From the NCBI GenBank assembly GCA_009777095.1, contig WRMN01000004.1, positions 77,475-141,474 on the forward strand: DNA of 64,000 nt. Reading direction: 5' to 3'. A program made the position numbers and the translations under genes. This document shows, in pieces, positions 63,582 through 64,000 of this stretch. This DNA comes from Bacteroidales bacterium (lineage in GTDB: Bacteria > Bacteroidota > Bacteroidia > Bacteroidales > UBA932). The notes beneath the pieces are model-generated. The model saw only the letters and a list, made by a program, of their open reading frames with translations, made no database searches and had not been told where the DNA came from. Each line of letters starts with the position of its first letter. Position 1 is the first letter of the stretch.

Positions 63582-64000
63582 TTATTGGTTTATATACATT
63601 CTTTCGTAATACTTTTGGTAGTCTCCTGAGGTTACATTGTCCAGCCAGTCCTGATTATCGAGATACCAACGAATGGTTTTTTCGATACCTTCTTCAAATT
63701 GCAGCGATGGCGACCAGCCCAATTCTTCATGCAGTTTAGTGGAGTCAATGGCGTAGCGCAGGTCGTGTCCGGCACGGTCGGCAACATAGGTTATCAATTG
63801 TTCAGAGGCGCCTTCCGTTCGGTCAAGCAAGCGGTCGGCTACCTTTATCATTACACGTATGAGGTCTATATTTTTCCACTCGTTGAAGCCTCCGATGTTG
63901 TAAGTATCGCCGATTTTTCCTTTATGGAAGATAAGGTCAATAGCGCGGGCGTGGTCTTCCACATAAAGCCAGTCGCGCACATTCTCACCCTTGCCATACA
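63582..64000 (-). CDS. rfbB: dTDP-glucose 4,6-dehydratase, C-terminal part (gene runs off the window)
   Basis: VRDWLYVEDHARAIDLIF..YNIGG..DRAGHDLRYAID motifs. The reading frame stays open to the window edge. Confidence 0.85.
   Translation of the reverse strand, partial: YGKGENVRDWLYVEDHARAIDLIFHKGKIGDTYNIGGFNEWKNIDLIRVMIKVADRLLDRTEGASEQLITYVADRAGHDLRYAIDSTKLHEELGWSPSLQFEEGIEKTIRWYLDNQDWLDNVTSGDYQKYYERMYINQ

Overview
This looks like a chromosomal segment of a Bacteroidota (Bacteroidales-like) genome. The support is frequent TAnnTTTG -7 promoter boxes just upstream of genes, T9SS-associated proteins (a PorW/SprE-like TPR lipoprotein and a DUF5103 plug-like protein), an Omp28/TlpA/beta-barrel triad, and a ptb-buk butyrate pair. 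I call about 54 CDS. The core genes are GC-richer: tsaE, nnr, uvrB, a P-type ATPase, efp, an AddA-like helicase-nuclease, dnaG, recA, ptb, buk, dcp, tex, a ClC channel, an M16 peptidase, and a nucleotide-sugar block (fcl, gmd, uxs, ugd, rfbB). At least seven short, strongly AT-rich islets of orphan genes interrupt them, and none carries an integrase or transposase. I saw no rRNA, tRNA or CRISPR array. The candidates most worth follow-up are listed here. (1) A four-gene islet at 3288-6214: an FRG-domain protein, two orphan proteins, and a KirBac-type K+ channel translationally coupled to one of the orphans. (2) A stand-alone protein at 48691-50040 whose C-terminal ~150 aa align convincingly to the FokI cleavage domain; it has an unknown N-terminal domain and no adjacent methyltransferase. 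(3) A DUF4160/DUF2442-HTH pair bracketed by 96-bp near-identical direct repeats, followed by a ~500-bp promoter-bearing region with no long ORF, small ORFs and strong hairpins. (4) Several dispersed short-repeat families: GTCATTGCGAG..GAAGCAATC hairpin elements, 4x7-bp heptamer tandems, and a 19-nt exact repeat. (5) A perfect 17-bp palindrome in which one arm carries an exact -7 box and the other a near-match, facing opposite directions. All functional calls come from motif recognition by eye. No searches were run.
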